Shown: piece after piece, positions 51,235-60,429 of the stretch
Position numbering within the stretch: the stretch's first letter is position 1
Layout: each line of letters begins with the position of its first letter
Source: an uncultured bacterium
Lineage (GTDB): Bacteria; Armatimonadota; Abditibacteriia; Abditibacteriales; Abditibacteriaceae
Reading direction: 5' to 3'
Assembly: GCA_963843795.1 (NCBI GenBank)
Contig: CAWJLW010000006.1
Location: 1,674,001 to 1,738,000, forward strand
DNA: 64,000 bases
Made by a program: the position numbers and the translations under genes
Notes under the pieces: model-generated
Seen by the model: only the letters and a program-made list of their open reading frames with translations
Told to the model about the DNA's origin: nothing
Database searches by the model: none

Positions 51235-54200
51235 TTACCACTGAGGATTACTGACGAGAAGTTGGAAAAATTCCTCAGCGGGCAGCGGCTTAGAGAAGAA
51301 ATAGCCTTGTCCGGCGTCGCAACCCAAAGCACGCAATTGTTGCAAAAGCGAAGCGGTTTCAATGCCTTCGGCGACGACTTTCATACCCACGGCCTGAGAA
51401 AGATCGTGCACGGCGCGCACAATGGCGGAATCGCGTTCGTTTTCCAGAGCACGCTGCACGAAAGATTTATCTATTTTCACGGTATCCAGAGGAAATCTCA
51501 GCAGGTAGCTAAGGGAAGAATAACCGGTTCCGAAATCATCGATGGCCAGCATCACGCCCAAATCTTTCAACGCTTGCAGACTTTTCTGATGCGTTCCATC
51601 GCCTTCGATCATCACGCTTTCAGTAATTTCCAGGTTCAAACGATGCGCTTCGATACCGCTGAAATTAATCGCTTTGGCGACCTGAGCGACCATATCGGAC
51701 TGCTGAAATTGGCGCGCCGATAAATTGACGCTAATGGCAAATGTGTCGTTGGGAGATAAATCGCGCGTCCAGATGCGAGTTTGCTCGCAGGCTTTTTGCA
51801 AAACCCAACTTCCCAGCGCGAAAATCAGGTCGCTTTCTTCGGCTAGTCCGATGAAATTGTCGGGGAAAATCAGGCCTTTTTCGGGGTGCTGCCAGCGCAC
51901 CAGGGCTTCCGCGCCGATGATGCGCCCGCTGCCCAAATTGACAATGGGTTGAAAATGCAAGCACAACTGATCGCGTTTGATGCCCTGCCGCAGATCGACT
52001 TCGGTTTTCAAGCGTTCAAAGGCGCGGGCGCTCATGGCGGCATCGAAAATTTCGTAGCGCGCGCGCCCCTTGCTTTTAGCGCGATACATCGCTACATCGG
52101 CATCGCGCAGCAAATCTTCGGCGCGATCGCCGCCCTTTTCCGACATCACAATGCCAACGCTGGCCGTTGTCATCACTTCGTGACCGCCCAGTTCAAAGGG
52201 TTTTGACAAGGCCATTGCGATGCGCTCGGCCACGCGCGTAGCTAGTTCCGGCTGCTCGACGCCTTCGAGCAAAACCGTGAATTCATCGCCACCAAAACGC
52301 GCCGCCAAGTCGCCAGGACGCAAACAATCGCGCAAACGCTCGGCGGCTTCAATCAAAAGCTGATCGCCTGTTTCGTGTCCCAGACTATCGTTAACCACTT
52401 TGAAGCGATCCAGATCGAGAAATAAGACTGCAACCGTTTGCAACGAGCGTTGCGCGCGTGCCAGAGCACGCGCGAGGTTTTGCATGAAAAGCGCGCGATT
52501 GGGCAGGCTCGTTAAAGGGTCGTGAAAGGCTTGATGTTCCAAGCGTTGCTGCGCTAATTTACGTTCAGTAATGTCGGAAAAGTTCCACACGCGTCCGTAA
52601 GCGCAGCCATCGCTTCCGATGGCTGGCGCGGAAAAGCGCGCCAGCGTACGCCCGTCCTTTAACATGACTTCATCGCGTGTCGAAGCGTCAGGATGTTCGA
52701 ACAGGTAATTGATGGTGTCCAGAAACTCGTTCGGTTCTAGCAACAACGCCAAAAAGTGAGCAAATAATTGTTGCTGGCCATGTAATTTCTCGATTTGGGC
52801 AGGCGAAATGCGCCACAAGTCGGAGAAGCGCTGATTATAAGAAACGATGGTACCTTGCTCGTCAATCAAACACATACCATCGGACGAGGCTTCTTGCGTG
52901 GCCATCAAAATCGCGTTGCTTTGGCGCATTTCTTCCGCGCTGCGTTGTGTTTGTTCAATCAAAATCGCCTGATTGACTGCGATAGTAACTTCCTGTCCAA
53001 TCAACTGTGCCAGACGAACGTGTTCATCGGTGTAAACATGAGGTCGCTGAGAATCAATATGTAAAACACCCATCAATTGACCGTTCGAAATCAAGGGCAC
53101 ATTGATGTAAGCGTGTATGGGACCAAACTCATCGTTGCTGTACTCAATAGCCGGATGATAGGAGTTCCAATCGTTATCGGAAATTGTTTCACCGCGCTGC
53201 AACGCTTGCCAAAATTCAAAACCATGTGCCTCCCAGGCTTGCAAACTCCACGAACGCTGATTAGCTTTGGGATGTTGCGGCGGATCAATCGCTAAAATTG
53301 TCGCGGCCTCATTATGCCATTGTGACACGAACAACACATCGCAAGGCATCAAATTTTGCAGTTGCTTTCGAAGTTCGTGCACCAGCGATTTCAGATCGCT
53401 TTGGGCGTTGATGGCGTGTGCCAGTTGTGCCAGTAACCTGCTGGCTTCTTCATGCCTTTTGCGCTCGGTAATATCGAGCATCACGCCATGCAAACGTAAA
53501 AGTTCGCTTTCGCGGAACTGCACCGTCACCTTTTCCTGCACCCATACCTGCCTGCCGTCGGCAGCCAGCAAACGGAACTCCTGCGTCATCGTCTGGCCAG
53601 GCGCAATAAACTGCGGCTCGTTCTGGGCTAGATGCGCGCGATCTTCGGGATGCACGAAACGCTCAACATTGACTGAAACTTGATTAATCCATTCGCTCGC
53701 AGGATAACCCAGCCATTGTTCAATGCGCGGCGAAACAAAAGTGTAGCGATGGGTAAACGGATCAATTTCCCACACGACAGCATCAATTTGTCCGATCAAT
53801 TCGCTCAAGCGCTCGTGGGAAGCGCGGGCTTGTTCCAATAATTGCATTTGCCGCACTGCGCCCGCGAGATGAGATGCTACGGATTCCGCCAGTCGCAAAT
53901 GCTCGTCGTGAAAAACGTGTGGCCTGTAAGAATCCAGATGTAATAAGCCGATAGCTTGTCCCTCGATTTGCAAGGGCACATTGATAAAGGCACGCGTGCG
54001 CGTATTGTTGTGAACCTCCGTTACAATTTTCGAATTCGTATCCGCGTCAGGGTTCTCCTTTTCATCAGCTTCTCCATAGGAATTGCAAAGCCAGCTTTCC
54101 TGTTTGGCGACCAGCGTTCGCGCCATCTCAATATCGCCTTCAGGCCCGAAGACGATGCTTTCAGCTTCATCGGTCGAAGCATCGGAAGCAATGACCTTCA

Positions 54201-54822
54201 TTTTGCCGTCTTGGAATTGCGAAATAAACAGCAGGTCAAAAGGAATAAGTCGCTGCAGTTGTGCCGAAAGTGCGTGCGCCATCGCGTTCAAATCGAACTG
54301 CTCGCTCATCATCGTCGCTAAATTGTCCAGCACCAAACGCTCTTGCTCTAAGCGTTGTAAATGCGTGTCTTCGCCGGGCAAATTATCGTGCAAAAGCGCG
54401 GTGTAAATCGGGGCTTTCGATGCGGTGTTGCTCTGCCATAAAACGCCTTCGACCTGAAAAATCTGGCCGTCGGGACTTACGATGTTCCAGTGAACTCCGT
54501 TGCGCGATTCGTGCTGGGCAAGATGCAGGTCGTGGGAAGTAATCGCTGTGTTGTTCTGTGTGAGAAGCCAATCGGATTTTGTCAATAAAGCCTGTCGAGT
54601 GCGACCGGCAACCAGTTCAAAACGAGGACTGAGATAACGAATAGTGCCCTGATCGTCGAATTCAACAATCAAATTTGGCACATGATTCAGAAGAGATTGA
54701 TAACGAGCATCGCCATCGCTCAACGCCGCTGCGGAATAGGCAAACGAAGCATTCGGGGCAGAGGGAGTTTTGTCTTGATTCGGTTCGAGAGCAGTTTCCA
54801 ACATAGTCGAGGCAGGCCGCAT
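51235..54822 (-). CDS. PAS/GAF-containing diguanylate cyclase/phosphodiesterase (GGDEF-EAL)
   Basis: PAS-GAF-PAS-GAF-PAS, then HDPLTSLPNR, GGDEF, EALVRW, DDFGTGYSSL. Confidence 0.95.
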   Translation of the reverse strand: MRPASTMLETALEPNQDKTPSAPNASFAYSAAALSDGDARYQSLLNHVPNLIVEFDDQGTIRYLSPRFELVAGRTRQALLTKSDWLLTQNNTAITSHDLHLAQHESRNGVHWNIVSPDGQIFQVEGVLWQSNTASKAPIYTALLHDNLPGEDTHLQRLEQERLVLDNLATMMSEQFDLNAMAHALSAQLQRLIPFDLLFISQFQDGKMKVIASDASTDEAESIVFGPEGDIEMARTLVAKQESWLCNSYGEADEKENPDADTNSKIVTEVHNNTRTRAFINVPLQIEGQAIGLLHLDSYRPHVFHDEHLRLAESVASHLAGAVRQMQLLEQARASHERLSELIGQIDAVVWEIDPFTHRYTFVSPRIEQWLGYPASEWINQVSVNVERFVHPEDRAHLAQNEPQFIAPGQTMTQEFRLLAADGRQVWVQEKVTVQFRESELLRLHGVMLDITERKRHEEASRLLAQLAHAINAQSDLKSLVHELRKQLQNLMPCDVLFVSQWHNEAATILAIDPPQHPKANQRSWSLQAWEAHGFEFWQALQRGETISDNDWNSYHPAIEYSNDEFGPIHAYINVPLISNGQLMGVLHIDSQRPHVYTDEHVRLAQLIGQEVTIAVNQAILIEQTQRSAEEMRQSNAILMATQEASSDGMCLIDEQGTIVSYNQRFSDLWRISPAQIEKLHGQQQLFAHFLALLLEPNEFLDTINYLFEHPDASTRDEVMLKDGRTLARFSAPAIGSDGCAYGRVWNFSDITERKLAQQRLEHQAFHDPLTSLPNRALFMQNLARALARAQRSLQTVAVLFLDLDRFKVVNDSLGHETGDQLLIEAAERLRDCLRPGDLAARFGGDEFTVLLEGVEQPELATRVAERIAMALSKPFELGGHEVMTTASVGIVMSEKGGDRAEDLLRDADVAMYRAKSKGRARYEIFDAAMSARAFERLKTEVDLRQGIKRDQLCLHFQPIVNLGSGRIIGAEALVRWQHPEKGLIFPDNFIGLAEESDLIFALGSWVLQKACEQTRIWTRDLSPNDTFAISVNLSARQFQQSDMVAQVAKAINFSGIEAHRLNLEITESVMIEGDGTHQKSLQALKDLGVMLAIDDFGTGYSSLSYLLRFPLDTVKIDKSFVQRALENERDSAIVRAVHDLSQAVGMKVVAEGIETASLLQQLRALGCDAGQGYFFSKPLPAEEFFQLLVSNPQW

Positions 54823-54918
54823 CCAGCACAGATTTTTCGTTCGATGGCAAACTACCTACGAAACAAAACACGAGCAATCAAATTCAAGTATACCTTGCAT
54901 TTGACCCGTTTTAATCAC

Positions 54919-54952
54919 AAAAGCGCCCTGCAAGTACTTGCAGGGCGCTTTT
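54919..54952. terminator. 34-bp perfect palindromic terminator centred on the motif
   Basis: AAAAGCGCCCTGCAAGT|ACTTGCAGGGCGCTTTT. Confidence 0.8.
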
Positions 54953-54972
54953 CTAACCACTTGATGACAGAT

Positions 54973-55752
54973 TTAAAACGGATGGTCGTGCGGACTAACT
55001 TGCAAACCATGCTCGGTGAACTTCAAGCGATGCACATTGGTGTCATGCCGCGTGCCACGCATTTTACGCACTTCGAGCGCGCGATAAGTGTGCGCCAAAT
55101 GCAACACAATCATGCCTTGCGTGACAAATTGCGACAGTCCAAAACGCATTGTCGCTTCGCCGCGATCGGGCATTTCGGAAATCATCAGCGCCGTGCAGCC
55201 CAATTCGCGCAGCAATGAACACAAACGCAACACATCGCGCCGCAAATTGGTGGTTTCCGTGTAACAAAAGCCCAGCGCCGAAAGCGAATCGAACACCAAG
55301 CGTTTAGCATTCACCTGCGTCACGGCTTCATGAATTTTATCGAGCAAGGTATCAATTACCAGAGGCGAATTGACTTGCGTAGGAATGTGACTTTTCACCA
55401 GCGCCATTCGATTACTTTTCAAATGAGCTTCGATGTCCCAGCCAAAGCGCGCCATATCTTGACACACGTCAGCGATCTCATCTTCCAATGTGACATAAAC
55501 GCCGCCCTCTTCGTGCGAGGTAATGCCCTGCTGCAAAAACTGAAAGCCCAAAGTGCTTTTGCCGCTGCCGGTTGCTCCGGTCAACCCAATAATACGGCCT
55601 TGCGGCAAACCGCCTTCGATTAATTCGTCCAAACCCGCAACGCCCGTCGGCAAGCGTTTAATCGCCCCCGACGCGCCGATGAGCGAACGCAAACGCCCGT
55701 CGTTGACATCGTTTTGCGTGAGCGTGTAGCCGACAGATAATTTGGTATTCAT
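54973..55752 (-). CDS. Single-domain KaiC/RAD55-family ATPase
   Basis: TGVAGLDELIEGGLP, GATGSGKS, RLVFDS, LEVRKMRGT. Confidence 0.9.
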   Translation of the reverse strand: MNTKLSVGYTLTQNDVNDGRLRSLIGASGAIKRLPTGVAGLDELIEGGLPQGRIIGLTGATGSGKSTLGFQFLQQGITSHEEGGVYVTLEDEIADVCQDMARFGWDIEAHLKSNRMALVKSHIPTQVNSPLVIDTLLDKIHEAVTQVNAKRLVFDSLSALGFCYTETTNLRRDVLRLCSLLRELGCTALMISEMPDRGEATMRFGLSQFVTQGMIVLHLAHTYRALEVRKMRGTRHDTNVHRLKFTEHGLQVSPHDHPF

Positions 55753-55873
55753 AATCTTTAGTAGATAGAATTTGGCGGTAGAATGTGAACGTTGAAATTT
55801 GAGAGTTCGTTACGCCTTGCAAGTACTTGCAGCGCAAATTTTCTACCTTCCAGTCCCAAAAGTTATCTCCCGC

Positions 55874-57208
55874 TTAAGCATCACTGGTCAACGCATAGCG
55901 TTTGGGCAAATCGAGCGTAGATAAAAGCAAACCGCTTTCTTCGAGTTCTTCCAGGGCGCGATGCGTGCGCGAAAACGGCAAAGTGGTTTTCACGGCCAAA
56001 TCGCGCGCCGTCATTTCGCCAAAGGTTTGCAGCAAAGTGCAAATCGCGCCCTGATCGGCGGGCAAATTCCCCAACCTCGATGGCATCATACCATCGCGTT
56101 GCAAGGCGGCCAACTTATCGGGATGTGGCGCGACCAAGCCTTCGACAATTGTGCCCGCGGGAATTTCGACCATTGGCCCGACGCGCGAATGACTGGCGAC
56201 CTGAACTTGCGCGCCCACACGACAATCTTCACCTACCACGGCCAGCGGCTCAATGGAAACATCGTTATCCAGGCGCGAATGGCGCGCGATGACGCAATCG
56301 GTGAGTTGCACATCGGTGCCAAGCGTTACTTCGTCGAACAAAACACTGCCGGTAATGCGCGCGTTGTTGCCTAAAATGCAATCGCGTCCAATCGCCACAT
56401 TCGGCCCGATGCGACAACTTTCGCCAATTTGCACGCCGCTTTCGATGCGAAAGGGCGGCAATAAATTCGTCGTCGCGGGCACCAAAACATCCGGCGCGAT
56501 TTCGGCGCGGCCCTGCAAACGATGACGATTGCCATCGAGATAATTATTGACGCGCCCGATGTCGATCCAATACGAATTCATTTCCCACGCGTAAAAGCGC
56601 GCGCCCTGTTCCATCAAACGAGGAAATAACTGGCGCGAAAAATCGTATTCTTCGTCGCGCGGCACTTCGTCAAAAATCTGCTTTTTCAAGACGTAAAAAC
56701 CCGCGTTTGCCAAGTCGGAAAACGCTTCTTCGGGGCGCGGCTTTTCCTGAAAACGCGTGATGCGGTGTTCGGCATCGACCGCAACAATGCCAAATTCGCG
56801 TGTGTCCTGCACGCGCATGACCGAAAGCGACACGTCGGCGTTGTGCGCGCGATGAAATTCGAGAAATTGTGCGTAGTCGATGTCGGCAACGGCATCGCCT
56901 TGAATCACCAAAAATTCATCGTCCAAATTATCAATGACGTTTTTGATGCAGCCCGCCGTGCCCATCGCGCGCGCTTCTTTGATGCAGCGCACGGGAATCG
57001 GCGGCTGATACCTTTCGATGCCCTCGGTAACGGTTTCAGCCAGATAATTGGTGGTGACAATGACTTCTTTGAAACCAGCCTGAGCTAAAGAACGCACCGT
57101 GTGCATGAGTGCCGGTTCGCCCGCGATGGGCAGCATCGGTTTGGGCACCGTGTAAGTCAGGGGCCGCAGTCGCGTTCCCATGCCGCCTGCGAGAATAATT
57201 GCTTGCAT
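55874..57208 (-). CDS. NDP-sugar synthase (mannose-1-phosphate guanylyltransferase-like) with LbH repeats and C-terminal TrmB-like winged HTH
   Basis: MQAIILAGGMGTRLRPLT..PKPM, EKP, YWIDIG; hexapeptide repeats; LLQTFGEMTARDLAVKTTLPFSRTHRALEELEESGLL..PKRY. Confidence 0.85.
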   Translation of the reverse strand: MQAIILAGGMGTRLRPLTYTVPKPMLPIAGEPALMHTVRSLAQAGFKEVIVTTNYLAETVTEGIERYQPPIPVRCIKEARAMGTAGCIKNVIDNLDDEFLVIQGDAVADIDYAQFLEFHRAHNADVSLSVMRVQDTREFGIVAVDAEHRITRFQEKPRPEEAFSDLANAGFYVLKKQIFDEVPRDEEYDFSRQLFPRLMEQGARFYAWEMNSYWIDIGRVNNYLDGNRHRLQGRAEIAPDVLVPATTNLLPPFRIESGVQIGESCRIGPNVAIGRDCILGNNARITGSVLFDEVTLGTDVQLTDCVIARHSRLDNDVSIEPLAVVGEDCRVGAQVQVASHSRVGPMVEIPAGTIVEGLVAPHPDKLAALQRDGMMPSRLGNLPADQGAICTLLQTFGEMTARDLAVKTTLPFSRTHRALEELEESGLLLSTLDLPKRYALTSDA

Positions 57209-57250
57209 AATTTTCTTGAATCTTTGCTGCAAGTACTTGCAGCGCCGATT

Positions 57251-57853
57251 TCACCAGCGAAACCACAGCGCGCGTCCGAACATAATTTCCAGCACCAGCG
57301 CAATGGCAAAGCCCAAACACAAACCAACGCCCCACGGCACGAATTTCTTGGTCACAACCGGCGCCGGAGCATCGGGCGCCGAACGCGTCATTGCGGCCAT
57401 TTTTGCGTAACCACCGATGTTGCGCCCCACTTCGGCCAAATCGCCGCGCATCGCCAGCCATGGCAAAATCAAAAGCGCAAACGCCAGCGCGCCATACAAA
57501 AATCCAAATGCGCAAAACGCCCAACCTTTGAGTGCGCCGACTGCGGCCAACAATTTTACATCTCCCGCTTTGGCCACGCCCAACATATACGGCACCCATT
57601 GAATGCCCATGCCGACCGCCCATCCCGCCAATGCCCACACCAAACCGTTTACGCCACCAAAAATTGTGTTCACGCCGATGCCAAGCAGCATCGCCGGAAA
57701 AGTGACTTTGTTGTAAATCTTCGCGCGCGTGCCATCGGTATAAGCGCAAATCAACAATACGATGACCAGAATCGCATTGAGAATGAAAGTGCCCGCTCCG
57801 GCCAAACCGGACGCAGCTTCGACGCCGCTCCAATGGGAGAAAAATTCGCTCAT
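57251..57853 (-). CDS. A24-family prepilin peptidase (CpaA/TadV-like)
   Basis: YTD..KIYN, AGDVKLLAAVGA, VPWG. Confidence 0.85.
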   Translation of the reverse strand: MSEFFSHWSGVEAASGLAGAGTFILNAILVIVLLICAYTDGTRAKIYNKVTFPAMLLGIGVNTIFGGVNGLVWALAGWAVGMGIQWVPYMLGVAKAGDVKLLAAVGALKGWAFCAFGFLYGALAFALLILPWLAMRGDLAEVGRNIGGYAKMAAMTRSAPDAPAPVVTKKFVPWGVGLCLGFAIALVLEIMFGRALWFRW

Positions 57854-57901
57854 CGTTCTGTTAAATGATCGCAGCAAGTACTTGCAGCATTCGTTCGGCG
57901 C

Positions 57902-59263
57902 TTAAAATTTCTCTGCAAGTACTTGCGGCGCGCGTTGTGCGGTTTGAATTACGAACTCGCCGAACAACGTGTTCGCCCACGCGAACCACGAGCGCGTAAA
58001 ATTGCTCGCGTCGTTGATATGAAACGTTTCGTGCATGAAACCCGTGCCCGCGTGCGTGGCGCGCAAAGTCGTGAGGCGCGCTCTGATTTCTTCGGGATCG
58101 TCGCTGGTCAGTCCGCTCATCGTCAGGCTCATCGGCCAAATCATTTCCGGGCCGAGATGCGGGCCGCCGATTCCGGCATATTTGCCCGCGAAATACCACG
58201 GATTCGACTCGCTCCACACGAAGCGCCGCGTGTTCTGATAAATCGCATCGTTGGCTTCCACCGCGCCCAAATACGGCAAACTCAACAAGCTCGGCACATT
58301 GGCGTCGTCCATCAATAAGACGCCGCCCAAACCGTCGATTTCGTACGCGTAGATTGTCCCAAATTCCGGATGTTGCTGCGTCGCGTGCTGTTGCAACGCG
58401 CTTTCGACTTCATCGGCCAACGCCGTGGCTTGCGCGGCCAACTGCGAATTGTCGCGCAATTTGTCGAGCAAAATCGCCATCTGCCGCAACGAAACTACGG
58501 CGAAGAAGTTGGAAGGAATCAAAAACTGATAAGTCGTTTCATCATCCGAAGGACGAAAACGCGAACAAATCAGGCCAATCGGTTTGACCGGCGCGCCATA
58601 AAGCTCGGGCGCGTTGGGAGCGGGCCGCGCGCCGCCGCGCTTGAATTCATAAGGGCCGAGATTGTCTTTGCGCTGCTGTTCGCGAAAGGTGCGAATCACG
58701 ATTTCCATCGCCGCTTCCCATTCAGCGTCAAAGGGCGAACTGTCGCCGGTTTGCTGCCAGTAAGCGAACGCCAGACGAATCGGATAACACAGCGAATCAA
58801 TTTCCCATTTGCGCTCGTGAATGCCCGGCTTCATCGCGGTGAAATCGCTTTCCCATTGCGTGTGCTGGCTTTCGTCTTTGAAAAACGCATTGGCATACGG
58901 ATCGAGATGAATGCAGTATGTCTGGCGACGAATCACGCCTTCAATCAGGCGCGCCAATTGTGGGTCGCCCTGCATCAAGGGCAAATAAGGCCACACCTGC
59001 GCCGAAGAATCGCGCAGCCACATCGCGTCAATGTCGCCCGTAATTACGTAAGTATCCGGCTTGCCAGCGCGCTCGCCGAAAAATACCGTCGTATCGAGCG
59101 TGTTGGGATAGCAATTTTCAAACAACCACCTCAATTCGGGATCGGCAATTTTTTCCTTGATTGTTTGAATAGTTTCTTCGACCGCAGTCGAAGAAAAGTT
59201 GCGCTCGGCGAGCGCTGGACGTTGTGAAACAAATTCTCTTGTATCTGAAGTATTGTCTTTCAT
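57902..59263 (-). CDS. GH125 exo-alpha-1,6-mannosidase family protein
   Basis: PNTLDTT, ITGDIDAMWLRDS, ERKWEIDS, FRPSDD, MDDANVPSLL, FTRSWFAWANTLF. Confidence 0.93.
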   Translation of the reverse strand: MKDNTSDTREFVSQRPALAERNFSSTAVEETIQTIKEKIADPELRWLFENCYPNTLDTTVFFGERAGKPDTYVITGDIDAMWLRDSSAQVWPYLPLMQGDPQLARLIEGVIRRQTYCIHLDPYANAFFKDESQHTQWESDFTAMKPGIHERKWEIDSLCYPIRLAFAYWQQTGDSSPFDAEWEAAMEIVIRTFREQQRKDNLGPYEFKRGGARPAPNAPELYGAPVKPIGLICSRFRPSDDETTYQFLIPSNFFAVVSLRQMAILLDKLRDNSQLAAQATALADEVESALQQHATQQHPEFGTIYAYEIDGLGGVLLMDDANVPSLLSLPYLGAVEANDAIYQNTRRFVWSESNPWYFAGKYAGIGGPHLGPEMIWPMSLTMSGLTSDDPEEIRARLTTLRATHAGTGFMHETFHINDASNFTRSWFAWANTLFGEFVIQTAQRAPQVLAEKF

Positions 59264-59288
59264 TGATAATTGATAAAAGTCTTGATGA

Positions 59289-60383
59289 TTAATTTTGTGG
59301 ACGCGGCAGGACAAAAGCATCTTCGCTGGCACAACGCACCATGACGGTTTCGCCATCATGATGCGCGCGAGGGCCGGGATTGAACAACGCCACTTTCAAA
59401 GGCGCGTTTTCGCCATCGCGGCGCGATTCCAGTTGCAACGCCAACTGTTCGCTGCTGCCGCCATAAACCGCACCACGCACGATGCCCGACAACAGGTTTT
59501 CGCTTGCACCATTTTCGCCGCAGGGAGTTTGCAGCGCGAAACTTTCGGGTCGCGCCGCCCACCAAACATCCGCTCCAACAGCGCTACTGCCACGCGCAGA
59601 AAGCACGCCGCTTTCGGTTTCGACACGACAAATTTCGCCATCGCGCTCGACGACTTTACCAGAGAGAAAATTGCTTTCGCCCAGAAATTCCGCCACGAAA
59701 CGCGATTGTGGCGCGCGATACAATTCGCGTGGCGTGCCGACTTGCGCTAATTGTCCGTCTTGCAAAACCGCGATGCGGTCGGCAATCGACAAAGCTTCTT
59801 CCTGATCGTGCGTGACATAAATCGCGGTCGTCTGCGTTTGTTCGTGCAAGCGCTTGATTTCGCCGCGCATTTCCAAACGCAAACGCGCGTCCAAATTCGA
59901 CAGTGGCTCGTCCAATAACAACGCATCGGGACGAATCACGAGTGCGCGCGCCAGGGCCACACGCTGCTGCTGACCGCCGGATAGTTCCGAGGGATAACGT
60001 GCGCCCAGCTTGCCCAAGCGCACCATTTCTAGCGCGTCTTGCACTTGTTTTTGGCGCTGCGCACGCTCGATTTTGCGTACCTTTAATCCGTATTCGACAT
60101 TCTGCGCGACTGTCATGTGCGGCCACAGCGCGTAGTTTTGAAACACCATGCCGGTGTTGCGCTTGTGCGGTGGCACGTTGTCGATGACGCGTTCACCAAA
60201 TTTAATGTGACCTTTATCGGGCGTGAGAAATCCGGCGATCATGCGCAAACAGGTCGTTTTGCCACAACCCGATGGGCCGAGGAGAAAAAACAGTTCACCT
60301 GCTTTTATCTGCAACGACAAATCGTTGACGGCCAACGCGTCGCCGAATTTTTTGCTGAGGTTTTCCAATGAAACCGAAATCAT
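59289..60383 (-). CDS. ABC transporter ATP-binding protein (Fe3+/polyamine type, TOBE domain)
   Basis: GPSGCGKT, LSGGQQQR, LLDEP, VTHDQEEA. Confidence 0.93.
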   Translation of the reverse strand: MISVSLENLSKKFGDALAVNDLSLQIKAGELFFLLGPSGCGKTTCLRMIAGFLTPDKGHIKFGERVIDNVPPHKRNTGMVFQNYALWPHMTVAQNVEYGLKVRKIERAQRQKQVQDALEMVRLGKLGARYPSELSGGQQQRVALARALVIRPDALLLDEPLSNLDARLRLEMRGEIKRLHEQTQTTAIYVTHDQEEALSIADRIAVLQDGQLAQVGTPRELYRAPQSRFVAEFLGESNFLSGKVVERDGEICRVETESGVLSARGSSAVGADVWWAARPESFALQTPCGENGASENLLSGIVRGAVYGGSSEQLALQLESRRDGENAPLKVALFNPGPRAHHDGETVMVRCASEDAFVLPRPQN

Positions 60384-60429
60384 ATTTCCAGTGTATCTAC
60401 TAAGCGCTGCAAGTACTTGCCCTGCTCTT

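Noticed and set aside
54973..55752. Circadian clock kaiC
   Set aside because: It has a single RecA-like domain of 259 aa, with no kaiA or kaiB nearby.
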